A stretch of 64,000 nt of DNA from a bacterium. GTDB taxonomy: Bacteria; SAR324; XYD2-FULL-50-16; G965216635. Shown piece by piece: positions 61,944 through 64,000 of this stretch. The position numbers and the translations under genes were made by a program. The stretch spans positions 288,001 through 352,000 of the forward strand of contig OZ244188.1 in NCBI GenBank assembly GCA_965216635.1, in the 5' to 3' direction. Each line of letters opens with the position of its first letter. Within the stretch, counting starts at the first letter, position 1. The notes beneath the pieces were generated by a model, which saw only the letters and a program-made list of their open reading frames with translations, did no database searches and was not told the DNA's origin.

Positions 61944-63362
61944 ATGAAAAAAAAACTATTATCTCAACAAAGGCTGAAAGAAATTTTTCAACCTTTAAAA
62001 GTTGCCAACGACAATTATAGGGAAATTTACCCCAGTCTTCTAGATGTTGGGCAACCCATCCATACTGTCTATGGGGGAGCTCATTTATTTAAAGCCAATT
62101 TAGTAGAAAAATTGGGCGCTATTGCTAAAAAAATATTCTTAACCTACGCCCCAGATCCCGTTACTTTTAGTCAAGCTATAAGGTTAAAAGGCTGGGATAG
62201 ACTACCTGAAAATTCCGCGGGTAAGGAGTGGCTTTTAGAACAATTACCTAAAAATTATGAACCTAGTTGGTTAGCAGAAACTATTTGGCAGAGAATTTTA
62301 GACAAACTACAACAAGAACCTGTAGAAGATTTTCGTATAGATTTTGAAGACGGATTTGGAGTCAGAAACGACGAAGAAGAAGATAAAGTAGCTTTTGAAG
62401 CAGCTCAAGAATTAGGACAAGGAATGAAAGAAAAAATTATGCCGAATTTTATTGGTATTAGAATTAAAGATTTTGAGCATTTTTATGAACGTTCCGTTTC
62501 TACTTTGGATATATTTTTGAGTAGCCTCTTAGAAAAAACAGACAACCAACTTCCTAATAATTTTGTAGTTACTTTACCTAAGGTTTTCATCCCAGAACAG
62601 GTTCAATGTTTGGTTCAAGTTTTTGAAGATTTAGAAAAAATTCATTCGTTAAAACCGAATTCTTTAAAAATGGAAATTATGATAGAAGCAACACAATCTA
62701 TAATCAATGCTAAAGGAAAAACTGCGATTTGGGATTTGACCCGAGCAGCAAAAGGGCGTTGTCGTGGGCTGCATTTTGGAACCTACGATTATACTGCGTC
62801 TTGTGGAATTATAGCTTCCCATCAAAAAATGGATAATCCTGTTTGTGATTTTGCAAAACACATAATGCAGACAACAGCTATAGGAACAAATTTGATGCTC
62901 TCCGATGGTTCTACAAATATTTTTCCAGTTCCAGTTTATCCAGATCCTAAAAATCCTGTAGAAATACAAGAGAATTTGAAAAATGTACATGCTGCTTGGA
63001 AATTGCAATTTGATCATATTAACCACTCTCTGGAAAGTGGTTTTTATCAAGGATGGGATCTTCATCCAGGCCAAATTCCTATTCGTTATGCTGCTTGCTA
63101 TTCCTTTTATCTTTCTGCTTTTAAAGAAACATCTAAGAGAATGAAAAACTTTTTAGAAGTTAGTGGAAAAGCAATGTTGAGTAGTAATGTTTTTGACGAT
63201 GCTGCTACTGGTCAAGGGTTGGTGAATTTTTTTTTAAGAGCTTATAATTGCAAAGCTATACTCCGAGAAGAAATTGAAGAAATGGGTATTACTCCAGAGG
63301 TGTTGCAAACAAAATCTTTTCCTAAAATCATTGCTGAATACAAAAAAAATGAGAATAAATGA
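61944..63362 (+). CDS. HpcH/HpaI aldolase / citrate-lyase-like TIM-barrel protein
   Basis: QPIHTVYGGAHLF, EDFRIDFEDGFG, LHFGTYDYTA, YQGWDLHP; start moved out of the MITE. Confidence 0.7.
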   Translation: MKKKLLSQQRLKEIFQPLKVANDNYREIYPSLLDVGQPIHTVYGGAHLFKANLVEKLGAIAKKIFLTYAPDPVTFSQAIRLKGWDRLPENSAGKEWLLEQLPKNYEPSWLAETIWQRILDKLQQEPVEDFRIDFEDGFGVRNDEEEDKVAFEAAQELGQGMKEKIMPNFIGIRIKDFEHFYERSVSTLDIFLSSLLEKTDNQLPNNFVVTLPKVFIPEQVQCLVQVFEDLEKIHSLKPNSLKMEIMIEATQSIINAKGKTAIWDLTRAAKGRCRGLHFGTYDYTASCGIIASHQKMDNPVCDFAKHIMQTTAIGTNLMLSDGSTNIFPVPVYPDPKNPVEIQENLKNVHAAWKLQFDHINHSLESGFYQGWDLHPGQIPIRYAACYSFYLSAFKETSKRMKNFLEVSGKAMLSSNVFDDAATGQGLVNFFLRAYNCKAILREEIEEMGITPEVLQTKSFPKIIAEYKKNENK

Positions 63363-64000
63363 CGAAGTAAAACTAGATTTTGCGGATGTTTTAATCAGAC
63401 CTAAAAGATCTGTATTGTCTTCTCGTAAAAAAGTAATTCTAGAAAGAAACTTAAAGTTTAAAAAAATAAAAAAAGAGTGGAAAGGCATTCCTATTATTGC
63501 AGCCAATATGGATCATGTAGGAACTTTTGAGATGGCAGAAAAATTGAACGAATTTAATATATTGACAGCTTTGCACCGCTTTTACTCTCAAAATGAATTT
63601 GAAAAAAAAATAGAGCATTTCAAAAAGAAGGATCCTACTTTAAAATTTTTTAAAAACATAATGGTCACTACCGGCATGCAAGAAAGTAGCTATCAATCCT
63701 GCCGAGAAATACTGAAACAGTTTCCTGAAATAGATTGGATTTGTATTGATGTTGCCAATGGTTATTCTGAAATTTTTGTAAAATTCGTAGCAAAAGTGAG
63801 AGGCGACTACCCTGATAAAATTATTGTAGCTGGTAATGTATGTACTCCAGAAATGACTGAACAGCTCATTATAGCAGGCACAGATGTAGTAAAAATTGGT
63901 ATAGGTCCAGGCTCTGTTTGCACTACGAGAGCGCTTACAGGAATAGGTTATCCCCAACTGTCTGCTGTAATTGAATGCGCTGATGCTGCTCACGGCCTTT
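63349..64000 (+). CDS. guaC: GMP reductase, 3'-truncated by window edge (not in ORF track)
   Basis: Hand translation gives MRINDEVKLDFADVLIRPKRS, GIPIIAANMD, CIDVANGYSE and IGPGSVCTTR, all in one frame. Confidence 0.92.
   Translation, partial: MRINDEVKLDFADVLIRPKRSVLSSRKKVILERNLKFKKIKKEWKGIPIIAANMDHVGTFEMAEKLNEFNILTALHRFYSQNEFEKKIEHFKKKDPTLKFFKNIMVTTGMQESSYQSCREILKQFPEIDWICIDVANGYSEIFVKFVAKVRGDYPDKIIVAGNVCTPEMTEQLIIAGTDVVKIGIGPGSVCTTRALTGIGYPQLSAVIECADAAHGL

Noticed and set aside
63640..63993. Minus-strand 117-aa ORF
   Set aside because: Antisense to guaC, which is clearly encoded on the plus strand

Overview
AT-rich bacterial chromosomal window with three accessory blocks among housekeeping genes. 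(1) 4.2-27.9 kb: four tandem filamentous-haemagglutinin-like (TPS/haemagglutination-activity domain) beta-helix genes. Each sits in the same cassette: array of ~130-220 bp structured non-coding repeats, sigma70 promoter, MITE, gene, conserved 3' tail. I count ~25 repeat units, and their central hairpin loop occurs in both orientations. The genes' 20-aa repeats carry hypervariable codons. (2) 32-48.5 kb: a defence-like island with a beta-CASP nuclease inside ilvB-ilvH, RhuM-Fic, HEPN-MNT, two MNT/FRG-TPR modules, type III R-M, gene remnants and an Abi/UG-type reverse transcriptase. (3) 50.7-55.3 kb: three paralogous outer-membrane beta-barrel genes with hypervariable inserts. Also present: a CfpA (spirochaete cytoplasmic filament protein) homologue, a MITE family with 5-bp target duplications, and ftsI (partial), MFS, GlcG-like, YeeE, argF, gatC, ribF, deoD, pckA and guaC (partial, absent from the ORF track). 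All assignments come from motif recognition by eye and all counts are manual; no searches were run.
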